A stretch of 64,000 nucleotides of DNA from an uncultured delta proteobacterium (GCA_963816145.1 CAWFJP010000017.1:192001-256000), one strand, 5' to 3'; counted from the first letter of the stretch, positions 49,948 to 61,734 are shown. Translations and numbers: made by a program. The notes: generated from the letters alone by a model not told the origin.

Positions 49948-51870
49948 TTAATCCTTGACCTCGGTGAAATCGGCATCGACAACATCGTCTTTTTTCTTGC
50001 CGCCAGTCGCGCCTGCAGCTTTATCATCGGTTTGCTCACCCGCTTGTTGTGTGGCTTGTTGCTTGGACGCCTTGGCGTACATCGCCTCCGCCAACTTATG
50101 CGACGATTGGCTTAACGCCTCGGCAGCCTTGCGCATCGTCTCGGCATCTTGTCCTTCCAAGGACTCTTTGGCTGATTTTAGTGCAGCTTCAATGCTCTCT
50201 TTCACTCCGGCGTCGAGATCGCTGCCGTATTCGCCGAGCGATTTCTCCGTGGAATACACCAGTGAGTCCAGCTGATTACGCGCTTCGACGGTTTCTTTTT
50301 TCTTCTTGTCGTCGTCGGCGTGAGCTTCAGCTTCGCGGACCATTTTCTTAATTTCTTCTTCACTGAGTCCGCTGGAAGCGGTGATCTTAATCGACTGCTC
50401 TTTACCCGTACCCAAATCTTTCGCAGCGACATGCACGATTCCGTTGGCGTCAATATCGAAAGTTACCTCAATTTGCGGCATACCGCGGGGCGCCAACGGA
50501 ATACCGACGAGATCGAACTGCCCCAGCAGTTTGTTGTCAGCCGCCATTTCACGTTCGCCCTGAAAGACCCGGATCGAGACCGCTTGTTGATTATCCTGAG
50601 CAGTGGAGAATACCTGGCTTTTCTTAGTCGGAATGGTGGTATTGCGATCGATCAATTTCGTGAACACGCCGCCAAGGGTTTCGATGCCCAGTGACAGGGG
50701 TGTAACGTCCAAAAGCAAGACGTCTTTGACATCGCCGGTGAGAACCGCGCCTTGGATTGCTGCGCCGATGGCCACCACTTCATCTGGGTTGACGCCTTTG
50801 TGCGGTTCTTTGCCGAAAATTTTTTTAACCCGCTCCTGAACCGCCGGCATGCGGGTCATGCCGCCGACCAAAATAACTTCCTGAATGTCGCTAGCGCTTA
50901 GCCCAGCGTCTTTCAAAGCTTGGCGGCATGGGCCTTCGGTGCGGTCGATCAAGTCGGCGCAAAGCGCTTCGAGCTTGGACCGGGTCAGTTTCATATTAAG
51001 ATGCTTTGGGCCTTGCTGATCGGCGGTGATGAACGGCAAATTAATATCGGTTTCCATGGACGACGAAAGCTCGCATTTAGCTTTTTCACCGGCCTCTTTG
51101 AGCCGTTGCAGCGCCATGCGATCTTTGCGCAGATCGATGCCCTGATCCTTCTTGAACTCATCGGCCAAGTAATCGATGATCCGCTGGTCGAAATCTTCGC
51201 CGCCGAGAAAGGTGTCGCCATTGGTTGATTTGACTTCAAAGACCCCTTCGCCTAGTTCCAAGATTGAAATGTCGAAAGTACCGCCGCCAAGATCGAATAC
51301 GGCGATCTTCTCATCCTTCTTCTTGTCTAAGCCGTAGGCAAGCGCAGCCGCAGTCGGTTCGTTGATGATGCGCAGTACGTTGAGACCGGCGATTCGGCCA
51401 GCGTCTTTAGTTGCTTGCCTTTGACTGTCATTAAAATAGGCTGGCACGGTGATGACGGCTTCAGTAACCTTTTCGCCGAGAAAATCCTCAGCACTTTGCT
51501 TCATTTTCTGCAAAATGAATGCGGAAATCTCCGCGGGGCTATAACCCTTGCCGCGGATTTCTACCCAGGCATCGCCGTTGTCATTGCCTTTGATCTTATA
51601 GGGCAGCACACTCGACGCCTTTTGTACCATAGGATCGTCTGTCCGTCTGCCGATCAAGCGCTTCACCGCCGAAATCGTATTTTCCGGATTGGTGATAGCT
51701 TGGCGCCGCGCGATTTGACCAACTAAACGCTCGCCGCTGTCCGTAAACGCGACAACGGACGGTGTAGTCCGGCTGCCTTCCGAGTTGGCGAGCACATTGG
51801 GGTCACCGGTTTCCATGATCGCCACGCAGGAGTTGGTTGTGCCAAGGTCAATCCCGATAACTTTTGCCAT
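49948..51870 (-). CDS. dnaK: Chaperone DnaK
   Basis: [25 protein letters not shown] and C-terminal DADFTEV. Confidence 0.99.
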   Translation of the reverse strand: MAKVIGIDLGTTNSCVAIMETGDPNVLANSEGSRTTPSVVAFTDSGERLVGQIARRQAITNPENTISAVKRLIGRRTDDPMVQKASSVLPYKIKGNDNGDAWVEIRGKGYSPAEISAFILQKMKQSAEDFLGEKVTEAVITVPAYFNDSQRQATKDAGRIAGLNVLRIINEPTAAALAYGLDKKKDEKIAVFDLGGGTFDISILELGEGVFEVKSTNGDTFLGGEDFDQRIIDYLADEFKKDQGIDLRKDRMALQRLKEAGEKAKCELSSSMETDINLPFITADQQGPKHLNMKLTRSKLEALCADLIDRTEGPCRQALKDAGLSASDIQEVILVGGMTRMPAVQERVKKIFGKEPHKGVNPDEVVAIGAAIQGAVLTGDVKDVLLLDVTPLSLGIETLGGVFTKLIDRNTTIPTKKSQVFSTAQDNQQAVSIRVFQGEREMAADNKLLGQFDLVGIPLAPRGMPQIEVTFDIDANGIVHVAAKDLGTGKEQSIKITASSGLSEEEIKKMVREAEAHADDDKKKKETVEARNQLDSLVYSTEKSLGEYGSDLDAGVKESIEAALKSAKESLEGQDAETMRKAAEALSQSSHKLAEAMYAKASKQQATQQAGEQTDDKAAGATGGKKKDDVVDADFTEVKD

Positions 51871-51929
51871 TTTGCTTACTCCTCAGATATTCTTTCAAAT
51901 CTTACAGGTCTTATAGGAACCAAAGTTAT

Positions 51930-52550
51930 TTAATCATCGACTTGGTCGTTTTCAACCTCGGTTTCTTCGTTTTTTTTCTCTTGTGATATTGTAGCCTTAG
52001 ATACAGTTACCAAAGCTGGCCGCAAAAGTCGGTCACGCAGTAGATAGCCCTTTTGGTGTTGTTCGATAACCGTGTGAGGAGGGTGCTCAGCGCTTTCAAC
52101 CTGGGCGAGCGCATCATGCTGGGCTGGGTCGAAAGCTAAACCAACCGCGGGAACCGGCTGGACTCCATGCTTCGATAAAATATCCAGAAATCCTTTGAGG
52201 ACCATATCAACGCCTTCCAAAAGTGGTTTTCCATTGCCCCCGCTGGAGGCGTGGGTAATCGCCCGTTCTAAGTTATCAATGACTGGTAGTAAGTCTCTGA
52301 CAAGGTTTTCATTAGCGTAACGGGCGGTTTCCTCGCGTTCACGGGCGCTTCTCTTCTTAAAGTTGTCCAGCTCGGCAACTTGGCGGACATAGCGATCGTA
52401 GTTGTTCTTCGCTTCTTCCTCTTTGGCGTTCAATTTTAGGCGTAAATCGGCAATTTCGCCTTCTTGGTCCGTGACTTTGTCTTGGACGACTTCTGGAGAC
52501 GCTTGGTCGGCGTCTGTCTGAGCCTCGGGTTTGCTATTTTCATCCGACAT
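51930..52550 (-). CDS. grpE: Nucleotide exchange factor GrpE
   Basis: AELDNFKKR, LLPVIDNLERA, FDPAQH and GYLLRDRLLRPALV motifs. Confidence 0.97.
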   Translation of the reverse strand: MSDENSKPEAQTDADQASPEVVQDKVTDQEGEIADLRLKLNAKEEEAKNNYDRYVRQVAELDNFKKRSAREREETARYANENLVRDLLPVIDNLERAITHASSGGNGKPLLEGVDMVLKGFLDILSKHGVQPVPAVGLAFDPAQHDALAQVESAEHPPHTVIEQHQKGYLLRDRLLRPALVTVSKATISQEKKNEETEVENDQVDD

Positions 52551-52583
52551 ATTTAACGTTGACTCCCATTCTATGGTCGCGGA

Positions 52584-52612
52584 AATGTAATCACGACAAC
52601 TTATCCTGTCAA
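52584..52612 (-). promoter_or_regulatory. Putative heat-shock promoter of grpE-dnaK-dnaJ
   Basis: Minus strand TTGAC-N12-CGTGATTACATT. Confidence 0.6.
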
Positions 52613-52714
52613 GTTTCGTCGCATTGAAAACACTTGTGAAATTAAATAGTTGTCGTATTTCATAAAAAGTGTTACGGTGCCCAAGTAACGGTACTAAGAT
52701 AAACCCGCTTGTTC

Positions 52715-53512
52715 ATGCGTTCGAGCCAAACCACTCCGGCCATTGTACTGCGAGCCCGGCCTTACGGCGAGTCAGATAAAATAGTTTCGTTTTTAACCGA
52801 GGATTTTGGAAAACTGACCGGAATTGCTAAGGGTGCGTTGCGGTCCCGGCGGCGGTTCATGAATTCACTAGAGCCATTTTCGTTGGTGCGCCTACATTTC
52901 CAAGAGCGCGCCCATAGCAATCTTGCTTTTATTGCAGGTGCGGACCTTTTGTTCGGTTTGCGGCGGTTGGCGTCAAGCTTGGAACGAATCTCATATGCTT
53001 CTTATCTGGTGGAAATCACCGACGGATTGATTAGCGAACGTGAAGAGAATTCGGCGGTCTTCCAACACTTGAGGAATGGCCTGCGTTACTTGGAAGAGAG
53101 CGGCAGTTCGCTTAGGTTTCTGACTCACTACGAACTCAAATTGCTCCACTTGGCCGGTTATCGCCCGGCGATGGACGTTTGTAAACGCTGTGGACAAGCG
53201 CGCTATGACGCACAGTTGAGTCAATGGCACTTTAGTCCGGCCGATGGCGGCGTGTTGTGCGATTCTTGCTCGCGGATGCGCCGTGAAGTCTTGCCATTGG
53301 GGCACCTGGCGGCCGATACGCTGTCAACGTTGCAAACGGATGCCAGTGATGATCTTAGCAGTCGCGTTTTTCTGCCATCATCAGTCATTAGAGAGATGCG
53401 CACGGTTTTGCTTCATTTCATTCAGTATCAGATAGATCGTGAGATCAAGTCAGCTGCGTTCTTAAGTCAGTTTTCCGCACTGGATAAAAAGCCTCCACCT
53501 AGAAATTTCTGA
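52715..53512 (+). CDS. recO: DNA repair protein RecO
   Basis: AIVLR...YGESDKIV...GKLTGIAKGA, LEPF and zinc finger CKRC...CDSC. Confidence 0.93.
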   Translation: MRSSQTTPAIVLRARPYGESDKIVSFLTEDFGKLTGIAKGALRSRRRFMNSLEPFSLVRLHFQERAHSNLAFIAGADLLFGLRRLASSLERISYASYLVEITDGLISEREENSAVFQHLRNGLRYLEESGSSLRFLTHYELKLLHLAGYRPAMDVCKRCGQARYDAQLSQWHFSPADGGVLCDSCSRMRREVLPLGHLAADTLSTLQTDASDDLSSRVFLPSSVIREMRTVLLHFIQYQIDREIKSAAFLSQFSALDKKPPPRNF

Positions 53513-53544
53513 TTGGGTTTGGAGAATTGCGAGGATTGACCCTC

Positions 53545-56259
53545 ATGCCAAAAAAATATCGCCTCACCTACTCATTTGGCGCTGGCAAAGCACAGGGTAA
53601 TGCCCAGATGCGCGACATCCTCGGTGGCAAGGGTGCCGGGCTCCATGAAATGACTCGAATCGGCGTTCCGGTGCCGCCAGGGTTTACGATTCCAACCGAG
53701 GTCTGCAGTTATTTCTACGCGCATCAGCATCGCTATCCAAACGGGCTCAAACGGGCAGTCGCTGGTGCTTTGAAAGAAATTGAAAAGAACCTCGTTCGGC
53801 GTTTCGGCGATCCGGCTAATCCCCTCTTGGTTTCGGTTCGCTCCGGGGCACGCGAATCCATGCCCGGTATGATGGATACGGTTCTCAATCTTGGGCTCAA
53901 TGATCGCACAGTGGAAGGATTAGCGGCGCGCTCGAAAAATCCCCGATTTGCTTACGATTCCTACCGACGGTTTGTCCAAATGTACGCTGACGTCGTTCTA
54001 GGAATAAAATCCAAGGACAAAATCGCTGCCGAACCTTTAACACAAATTCTCGACAGCAAAAAGCTGCGCCGTGGTGTTCAGAATGACACCGACCTGACCG
54101 TCGATGATTTGCGTGAGCTGGTGACCGAATACAAGAGCGAAATCCGTACCCTGCTTGGTAAGGAGTTTCCCGAAGACCCCTATGAACAGTTGTGGGGTGC
54201 GATTGGAGCTGTGTTTGGCTCCTGGAATAACGATCGCGCCATTGCTTATCGCGACCTTTACCGGATTCCGCATCATTGGGGCACGGCGGTCAACGTCCAA
54301 GCGATGGTGTTCGGCAACTTGGGCGATCGCTGCGCCACCGGTGTGACGTTTACCCGTGATCCTGCCACTGGGGACAAGTGTTTTTACGGCGAGTTTTTGG
54401 TCAACGCCCAGGGGGAGGACGTAGTCGCGGGCATTCGCACGCCTAGATCGATCATCGAACTCAAGCAGGTTATGTCCAAAGCCTTCGACAAGCTCCGGCT
54501 GATTTGCACGCTTCTCGAAAGGCATTTTCGCGAGATGCAGGACATCGAGTTCACCATCGAAGATGACAAGCTGTGGGTGTTGCAAACTCGCACCGGTAAG
54601 CGTACCGGCTTCGCTTCGCTGCGCATCGCCGTCGACATGGTGACCGAGCGGATCATCAGCAAGCAAGAAGCATTACTTCGGGTTGAGCCGGATCAACTCA
54701 ATCAGTTGCTGCGGCCGATCTTTGATCGACGAGGTAAGGAGAGCGCACAAGAAGAGGGACGTCTCCTCGGTCGTGGTTTAGCCGCCGGACCGGGGGCGGC
54801 CACCGGACGGATTGTCTTTCACGCCGAAGATGCGGTTGCGTGGAACAATCGCGGCGAGCGCGTCATCCTTTGCCGCGTTGAAACCAGCCCGGACGATATC
54901 CGTGGCATGGATGCATCGCAGGGCGTCTTGACCGCGCGAGGCGGGATGACTTCCCACGCTGCGTTGGTTGCCCGGCAAATGGGTAAAGTCTGCGTTGCCG
55001 GCTGCGAGGCTTTACAAATTGATTACGCCACCCGCGTACTACACGTGGAAGACACTGAACTGCGCGAGGGCGATTGGATTTCCATCGATGGCAGCACTGG
55101 TGCGGTATTCCGCGGCGAGATTCAAACCCTTCCTTCGGAGATTCTCCAGGTACTATTGAACCGCTCGCTTGATGCGCGGCAATCGATGATCTACCAGTAC
55201 TTTTCTAAATTCATGAAGTGGGCGGATCAAACTCGAACGCTTGGTGTCCGAACCAATGCGGACCAACCAGATCAGGCTGCCATTGCCAGGGCCTTCGGCA
55301 GCGAAGGCATCGGATTATGTCGCACCGAACATATGTTTTTTCAGGGCGATCGTATCCAAGCTGTCCGCGAGATGATCCTTGCCGACGATGAAACCGGCCG
55401 GCGCCGCGCTTTAGCTAAGCTGTTACCGATGCAGCGGCAAGATTTCAAAGGTATTTTTGGCATCATGGGTAGTCTGCCGGTGACGATACGCACTCTTGAT
55501 CCGCCGCTCCATGAGTTCTTGCCGAAGACCGATGCAGAAATCCAAGAACTCGCTCAAGTGATGGGTGTTGAAGTGGGGACCTTGCGCAACAAGGTCAACG
55601 TGCTGCATGAATTCAATCCGATGTTGGGCCATCGTGGCTGCCGCTTGGGAATCTCGTACCCCGAGATTACCGAGATGCAGGCACAAGCGATCTTTGAGGC
55701 TGCTTGTGAGCTTCGGCGGGAGGGTCAAAATCCATTCCCGGAAATAATGATTCCACTCGTCGGCTCACGCCAAGAGCTGCATGAACAGCGTGTTATCGTC
55801 GACCGAGTCGCAGCCGAGACGATGAAGGCGTATGGAGTCAAAGTGCACTATTCCATCGGCACGATGATCGAATTACCAAGGGCGTGCATGGTTGCCGATG
55901 AAATCGCAGAGGAAGCGGAGTTCTTTTCTTTTGGCACCAATGATTTGACCCAGACCTGTTTGGGCCTATCGCGAGACGATGCCGGCAAGTTCTTACCAAG
56001 CTACGTTCTTCATGGTTTGCTGCCCGATGATCCATTCGTAAGCATCGATCGAGATGGTGTTGGCGCACTTATGCGCATCGCCATCACTAAAGGTCGTCGG
56101 CGACACAAGGGATTGGAAATGGGGATTTGCGGCGAACATGGTGGAGAACCACGTTCAATCGAATTTTGTCACCAAATCGGTTTGAATTACGTAAGTTGCT
56201 CTCCGTATCGCATAGCCATCGCCAAATTATCTGCCGCGCAGGCTGCTCTAAAAAAATAA
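53545..56259 (+). CDS. ppdK: Pyruvate, phosphate dikinase
   Basis: LGGKGA, VSVRSGA, SMPGMMDT, GGMTSHAA, GLCRTEHMF and GICGEHGG motifs. Confidence 0.98.
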   Translation: MPKKYRLTYSFGAGKAQGNAQMRDILGGKGAGLHEMTRIGVPVPPGFTIPTEVCSYFYAHQHRYPNGLKRAVAGALKEIEKNLVRRFGDPANPLLVSVRSGARESMPGMMDTVLNLGLNDRTVEGLAARSKNPRFAYDSYRRFVQMYADVVLGIKSKDKIAAEPLTQILDSKKLRRGVQNDTDLTVDDLRELVTEYKSEIRTLLGKEFPEDPYEQLWGAIGAVFGSWNNDRAIAYRDLYRIPHHWGTAVNVQAMVFGNLGDRCATGVTFTRDPATGDKCFYGEFLVNAQGEDVVAGIRTPRSIIELKQVMSKAFDKLRLICTLLERHFREMQDIEFTIEDDKLWVLQTRTGKRTGFASLRIAVDMVTERIISKQEALLRVEPDQLNQLLRPIFDRRGKESAQEEGRLLGRGLAAGPGAATGRIVFHAEDAVAWNNRGERVILCRVETSPDDIRGMDASQGVLTARGGMTSHAALVARQMGKVCVAGCEALQIDYATRVLHVEDTELREGDWISIDGSTGAVFRGEIQTLPSEILQVLLNRSLDARQSMIYQYFSKFMKWADQTRTLGVRTNADQPDQAAIARAFGSEGIGLCRTEHMFFQGDRIQAVREMILADDETGRRRALAKLLPMQRQDFKGIFGIMGSLPVTIRTLDPPLHEFLPKTDAEIQELAQVMGVEVGTLRNKVNVLHEFNPMLGHRGCRLGISYPEITEMQAQAIFEAACELRREGQNPFPEIMIPLVGSRQELHEQRVIVDRVAAETMKAYGVKVHYSIGTMIELPRACMVADEIAEEAEFFSFGTNDLTQTCLGLSRDDAGKFLPSYVLHGLLPDDPFVSIDRDGVGALMRIAITKGRRRHKGLEMGICGEHGGEPRSIEFCHQIGLNYVSCSPYRIAIAKLSAAQAALKK

Positions 56260-56389
56260 CTTATATTTATCGAGGGGTTGCTACACTCCCTTCTAGTTAT
56301 AAAACTCAATTCTTTTATCGTGAAGGTTGTACATTTTATTGACAGAAATTTGGCGATCAACGATAATTTGGTACTCAGCGTAACAAATT

Positions 56390-58117
56390 ATGGAACCACG
56401 AATTGCGGAACTGTTAGTAAAAGGTGGCATTGTCTCCCGCGAGCAGCTGGTCGAAGCCCACAAAAAAGAGCAAGAAAACAACTCCAGTATTGGCAAGGAA
56501 ATCGTTCGCTTAGGCTTCACTACGGAAGAAGTTCTCGCCGATTTTTTGGCGAAGCAATTCGGCATTGAGTGTGTTGAGCTGGTTCCTACCGACACAGATG
56601 ATGCGGTCTTTTCGGTCGTCCCTCCCCAGATCGTTCAAAAGCACCAAATCATCCCGATCAAGCTGATCGGTTCCAGTTTGACGATTGCGATTGCGGACCC
56701 CACGGATTTAGTCGCCATCAACGAAGTAAAGTTTGTCACCGGTTACGGGGTTCGCTCCGTGATCGCGACTCCAACCGGAATCAAGAAGGTTCTGGATCAT
56801 CGATTTGGCGGAGTCAGTTACGACGATGTCTTAAAAAAATTCGGCGATGGTGAGATGGAGGTCATCCAAGAAAACGACGACGTCAATCTACAAGAACTGC
56901 AACAAGCCACCATGGATGCACCGGTGGTCACGTTGGTCAACGCGATCTTGGCGGACGCCGCCAAACGCCGCTGCAGCGATATCCACATCGAGCCTTACGA
57001 AAAAGTATTTCGGGTGCGATTCCGAATTGACGGGGTGCTCCAGGAAATCATGAGTCCGCCGCTTCGGCTCAAGAACGCCTTGGTTTCGCGTCTGAAAGTC
57101 ATGGCAGGTCTTGATATCGCAGAGCGTCGTTTGACCCAGGACGGCCGCATTAAACTCAAGATGGGTTCAGGCGGCGAGTTAGATATTCGCGTATCCATCT
57201 TGCCCACCCTGTTTGGCGAGAAGGTCGTCATGCGTTTGTTGGACAAGTCCAACCTTCAGCTAGATATGGCTAAGCTAGGTTTCGATCCGCAAAATCTCAA
57301 AGACTTTCAAGACGCCATTCACAAACCTTACGGCATGATCCTGATCACCGGTCCGACCGGTAGCGGTAAATCTACGACACTTTATTCTGCTTTGTCCGAA
57401 CTCAATAAGCCGGACGTGAACATTTCCACCGCAGAAGACCCAGTCGAGTACAATCTGATGGGCATCAATCAAGTGCAGGTCCGAGACCAGATCGGCCTTA
57501 ATTTCGCCGCGGCGTTGCGCTCATTCCTTCGCCAGGACCCGGATATCATTATGGTCGGTGAAATCCGCGATCTTGAAACGGCGCAGATTGCCATTAAAGC
57601 GGCGCTCACCGGCCATCTAGTTTTGAGTACCTTGCATACCAACGATTGCCCCGCGACTGTCGATCGTCTGATCAACATGGGCGTGGAAACTTTTCTATTG
57701 ACCTCCTCAATCAATCTAATTCTAGCCCAGCGGTTAGTCAGGAAAATCTGCGACAAATGTAAGGAGCCGATCGACATCAAACCGGAAGTTCTGATCAATT
57801 TAGGAGTCGATGCTGCCGATATCGGCGCGGGCTTTCCGACATTTCACGGTAAGGGTTGTGCGAATTGCGGCGGCACCGGATACCGTGGGCGATTGGCCGT
57901 TTATGAAGTGATGGTGATGCACGAAGCACTCAAGGAATTAATCATTAAAGGCGTATCATCAATGGAGCTCAAACGTGAGGCGGTAAAATTGGGCATGAGC
58001 ACTCTGCGCATGAGTGCCTTACAGAAGGTCCGTGACGGGTTTACGACAGTCGACGAGACCATTCGTGTCACCGATACGGATAAAGGATTTGGCTCAGTGT
58101 TCTCGTTGGGATTCTAG
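56390..58117 (+). CDS. pilB: Type IV pilus assembly ATPase
   Basis: MshEN-like N-terminus, SDIHIEP, GPTGSGKSTTLY, LRQDPD, LTGHLVLSTLHTND and Zn motif. Confidence 0.96.
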   Translation: MEPRIAELLVKGGIVSREQLVEAHKKEQENNSSIGKEIVRLGFTTEEVLADFLAKQFGIECVELVPTDTDDAVFSVVPPQIVQKHQIIPIKLIGSSLTIAIADPTDLVAINEVKFVTGYGVRSVIATPTGIKKVLDHRFGGVSYDDVLKKFGDGEMEVIQENDDVNLQELQQATMDAPVVTLVNAILADAAKRRCSDIHIEPYEKVFRVRFRIDGVLQEIMSPPLRLKNALVSRLKVMAGLDIAERRLTQDGRIKLKMGSGGELDIRVSILPTLFGEKVVMRLLDKSNLQLDMAKLGFDPQNLKDFQDAIHKPYGMILITGPTGSGKSTTLYSALSELNKPDVNISTAEDPVEYNLMGINQVQVRDQIGLNFAAALRSFLRQDPDIIMVGEIRDLETAQIAIKAALTGHLVLSTLHTNDCPATVDRLINMGVETFLLTSSINLILAQRLVRKICDKCKEPIDIKPEVLINLGVDAADIGAGFPTFHGKGCANCGGTGYRGRLAVYEVMVMHEALKELIIKGVSSMELKREAVKLGMSTLRMSALQKVRDGFTTVDETIRVTDTDKGFGSVFSLGF

Positions 58118-58208
58118 TACGGCGCAACCGAGGATTCATCGCTGATGGATCCACTTTTCGTAAAAGCGCTTGCGTTGGAAATCGAGTAGAGTCGGGACGA
58201 ATTGATCT

Positions 58209-59435
58209 ATGGCTATTTTCGTTTGGGAAGGGCGAACCGCCCAGGGACGAATCGTCAAAGGTGACACTCTTGAGGCGCCGAATTTAGAAGCCGCATTGGC
58301 GCGTCTTCGCGAGCAACGGATACGCCCCATTGCCAACAAGGTTCGAGAGAAGGGCGCAGGACTCGATAAAGAACTAAGCATCCCCGGATTTGGCCCGACG
58401 GTTTCGACTAAAGAGCTCTCTGTTGCTACCCGGCAGCTAGCGACGATGATCGACGCTGGTCTGCCGATTGTGCAATGCCTCGAAATTCTTGGTGAGCAGT
58501 CCGAGAACAAGCTACTGCGTACTACCATTACTTCCATACGCCGGGACGTTGAAGGTGGTTGTACGCTCGCAGATGCGCTGCGGAAACATCCAAAAATCTT
58601 CGACGAGCTCTACGTCAATATGGTGGAAGCAGGAGAAGCCGGCGGTATACTGAACACAATTCTCAATCGAATTGCTCTGTTCATCGAGAAAGCAAGCAGG
58701 CTAAAAAAGAAGGTCAAGGGCGCAATGATTTACCCGGTTGCCATCGTACTGGTGGCTATCGTTGTGGTCGCCGTCTTGATGATCTTTGTCATCCCAGTAT
58801 TCGCCGAACTCTACGGCAGCATGGGACAAGCACTCCCCGCGCCGACGCAAATCTGTATTAACATCAGTAACTTTTTTGTCGCCTATTGGTGGCTCATGTT
58901 GTTGACAGCCATAGGTGTCGTTACGGCCATCAAGCTCTATTACAAGACCCCGCAGGGTCACATGAAAATCGACGCGCTCCTTTTGCGCATGCCAGTCATC
59001 GGTGACCTGCTCAGAAAAGTTGCGGTGGCGCGGTTTTCTCAGAATATGGCATTACTCTTGAGTTCCGGAGTACCGATCTTGGATGGCCTAGCCATCACGG
59101 GAAAAACCGCTGGTAACAAAGTCGTCGAAAAAGCCATCATGGAGAGCCGGGTTAGTATTAGCAAAGGAAACACAGTAGCGGAGCCCTTGCGTGAAAGCAA
59201 AATATTTCCGCCGCTTGTTTGTCAGATGGTTGCCGTCGGCGAAAGCACCGGCGGGCTCGATGGAATGCTGCGTAAGGTTGCCGAGCTTTACGAAGAAGAG
59301 GTCGATGACGCGGTTAACAATCTTACAGCGATGATGGAACCGGCGATTATGGTGGTGTTGGGGGTGATCCTCGGTGGCTTGGTCGTCGCGATGTATTTGC
59401 CCATCTTTCAGATGGGCTCATTGGTTGGCAATTAG
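58209..59435 (+). CDS. pilC: Type IV pilus inner-membrane platform protein
   Basis: TRQLATMIDAG, GEAGG, AMIYP and AMYLPIF motifs. Confidence 0.95.
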   Translation: MAIFVWEGRTAQGRIVKGDTLEAPNLEAALARLREQRIRPIANKVREKGAGLDKELSIPGFGPTVSTKELSVATRQLATMIDAGLPIVQCLEILGEQSENKLLRTTITSIRRDVEGGCTLADALRKHPKIFDELYVNMVEAGEAGGILNTILNRIALFIEKASRLKKKVKGAMIYPVAIVLVAIVVVAVLMIFVIPVFAELYGSMGQALPAPTQICINISNFFVAYWWLMLLTAIGVVTAIKLYYKTPQGHMKIDALLLRMPVIGDLLRKVAVARFSQNMALLLSSGVPILDGLAITGKTAGNKVVEKAIMESRVSISKGNTVAEPLRESKIFPPLVCQMVAVGESTGGLDGMLRKVAELYEEEVDDAVNNLTAMMEPAIMVVLGVILGGLVVAMYLPIFQMGSLVGN

Positions 59436-59488
59436 TACGATTTTCAGAACTTCAACACATTAGTCTATCCAACAGAGGAATACCGAGA

Positions 59489-61540
59489 TTGAGTGACGAA
59501 AGAAAAGACCTGAACGAGAAAATCAGGTGGCTACTCCTTCTTCGGGTAGTGATCCTTAGTTTTTTTCTGGGAGCTACGGCTCTCGTCCATTTCTTCCAAG
59601 CGGAATGGGACATTAGGTATCTCATCAGTCTCTCTTTACCGCTGATTCTCGCGTACGCGATTTCGATCGGTTCAGCACTGCTCTTGCCGCGGTTGAAGCA
59701 TCTCCGAGCATTTGCCCATGGGCAGGTAGCTTTGGACGTACTCCTGATCACAGGGATTATCTGGATCACCGGCGATAGCTCTAGCCCGTTTTCTTTTCTT
59801 TACAATCTCGCGGTTATCAACGCAGCGATTTTACTGTTTTATCAAGGCGCGTTAATCGCCGCTGGCATTTCAAGCGTGTGTTACGCAGCGCTTCTTTTGT
59901 GGTCGCATCACTTGCTGCAAAATGGCACCAGTATTCCACTATCGTGGACTGCATTGGTGACGATGGTGATCAACGTCGGCAGTTTCTTCGTAATTGCTGC
60001 GCTGAGTGGATATCTCACGGACAAACTGGGCAAAACGCAGAAGCTGCTACAAGAAAAACAGATAGATTTTCAGGAGCTCGATGCGTTCAAGGAAGCGCTC
60101 TTGCAAGGCATCGGTAGCGGCGTAGCTATCACCGATAGTCAGGGGCGAATCAACTATTTTAATCAGCAAGCGCAGAATTTAACCTCGCTTGGCGAGGCGG
60201 ATGTGATTGGAAAACGGCTCGACCAAATCTTCCCTGGATTACAATTCGATTTCCAGCGTGGCGGCCGTAGCGGTGCCGTCTTCAACGAAGAGCTTCCGTT
60301 ACCTGGTTTACAAGGAGTCCCAAAACAAGTGCGTTTGACGCTGGCCCCGCTCAGTGATTCTGACGAACAGCTTCTCGGGTATGTTTCTATTTTCGAGGAC
60401 ATCACAAAACAAAAACAGATCGAAGAAAAAGTTCGGATCGAGGAAGAACTGCGCAGATCGCGGGAAGTCGAATTACAGGTACCTTCCATTGGATTTGACG
60501 ACGTGCCTTTTCGCTTCGAAGGAGTCGTGGGTAAAAGCGGCGGCATGGAAAAGATTTGCCAGCTCATTCAAAAAGTTGCGGTGAGCAGCACTAACGTTTT
60601 GATCTCTGGTGAAAGCGGGACGGGTAAGGAGCTGGTTGCGAGAGCGGTTCACTTAAACGGGCCTCGGCAAAACAAACCCTTCGTGGGAGTCAATTGCGGT
60701 GCCATCCCGGAAACGCTGATCGAGAGTGAATTATTTGGCCATGTGCGAGGGGCCTTTACCGGTGCGGTGGCGGATCACAGTGGGTTATTCAAACAAGCCG
60801 ACCAGGGAACCATATTTCTCGACGAAGTGGGCGAATTGCCGCTGCATCTCCAAGTAAAACTCTTGCGCATTTTGCAAGAGAAAACCTTCACGCCGGTCGG
60901 CGCCAGTAAACCTGTTAAGGTCGATGTGCGCGTGATTTCTGCGACCAACCGGGATTTGCGAAAGGAATTGGAAGAAGGCAGATTTCGCGAGGATCTTTTT
61001 TATCGGCTAAATGTAGTCAACATGGTCTTACCGCCACTGCGCAGCCGGAAAGAAGATATTCCTTCCCTCGCCCACTATTTTTTACGGAAATTTGCGGCTT
61101 CCCTCAACAAGAATGTCGAAGAAATCTCCAGCGGTGCCCTTATGCAGCTGATGAATCACACTTATCCGGGAAACGTCCGGGAGTTGGAAAACATCATTGA
61201 GCATGCAGTGGCGATAACCAACAAAAATATCGTCACGGAAGAAGATCTGCCGCAGCAACTGAGAGGTAAGACGATCATCAACGATAGCAATGTATTCGAG
61301 CAAACCGCGCCTGGCGGTGCCGAGGTATTCTTTGACAAGGGACTCTCTCTGGATGTGGAGCTAGAGACTCACGAGAAATGCATTTTGCTGGGAGCTCTCA
61401 AGCGCGCCAACGGAGTCCAGAAGAAGGCGGCGGAAATGCTAGGTATCAATTACCGGTCGCTGCGTCACCGCTTGGAAAAATACGACCTTCTAGGAGCAAA
61501 AAATCATTCTTTTTCTGAACAAACGAATAATACCGAGTAA
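59489..61540 (+). CDS. PilS-N/PilR-C fusion: membrane sensor + PAS + sigma54 AAA+ + HTH activator
   Basis: About five to six TM segments with PilS-like [20 protein letters not shown]; PAS ([16 protein letters not shown]...FEDIT); then directly [39 protein letters not shown] and [19 protein letters not shown]. No HisKA, HATPase or REC domain. Confidence 0.9.
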   Translation: MSDERKDLNEKIRWLLLLRVVILSFFLGATALVHFFQAEWDIRYLISLSLPLILAYAISIGSALLLPRLKHLRAFAHGQVALDVLLITGIIWITGDSSSPFSFLYNLAVINAAILLFYQGALIAAGISSVCYAALLLWSHHLLQNGTSIPLSWTALVTMVINVGSFFVIAALSGYLTDKLGKTQKLLQEKQIDFQELDAFKEALLQGIGSGVAITDSQGRINYFNQQAQNLTSLGEADVIGKRLDQIFPGLQFDFQRGGRSGAVFNEELPLPGLQGVPKQVRLTLAPLSDSDEQLLGYVSIFEDITKQKQIEEKVRIEEELRRSREVELQVPSIGFDDVPFRFEGVVGKSGGMEKICQLIQKVAVSSTNVLISGESGTGKELVARAVHLNGPRQNKPFVGVNCGAIPETLIESELFGHVRGAFTGAVADHSGLFKQADQGTIFLDEVGELPLHLQVKLLRILQEKTFTPVGASKPVKVDVRVISATNRDLRKELEEGRFREDLFYRLNVVNMVLPPLRSRKEDIPSLAHYFLRKFAASLNKNVEEISSGALMQLMNHTYPGNVRELENIIEHAVAITNKNIVTEEDLPQQLRGKTIINDSNVFEQTAPGGAEVFFDKGLSLDVELETHEKCILLGALKRANGVQKKAAEMLGINYRSLRHRLEKYDLLGAKNHSFSEQTNNTE

Positions 61541-61734
61541 CAAATTTTGTCACACCACCAATGTCCGCATTCCGTAAACTTGAATCTCATCCCTAACCAG
61601 AGCGCCTCTCATCGTTCAATTCAATCACAGACAGAACTTCTAACCTGTTGGAATTATGTGATTTCACTCAATTGTGACCGGAGTATTGACGAGATTCTTC
61701 CAACTTCAGACCATCATTTTAATTCAGCCATTGT

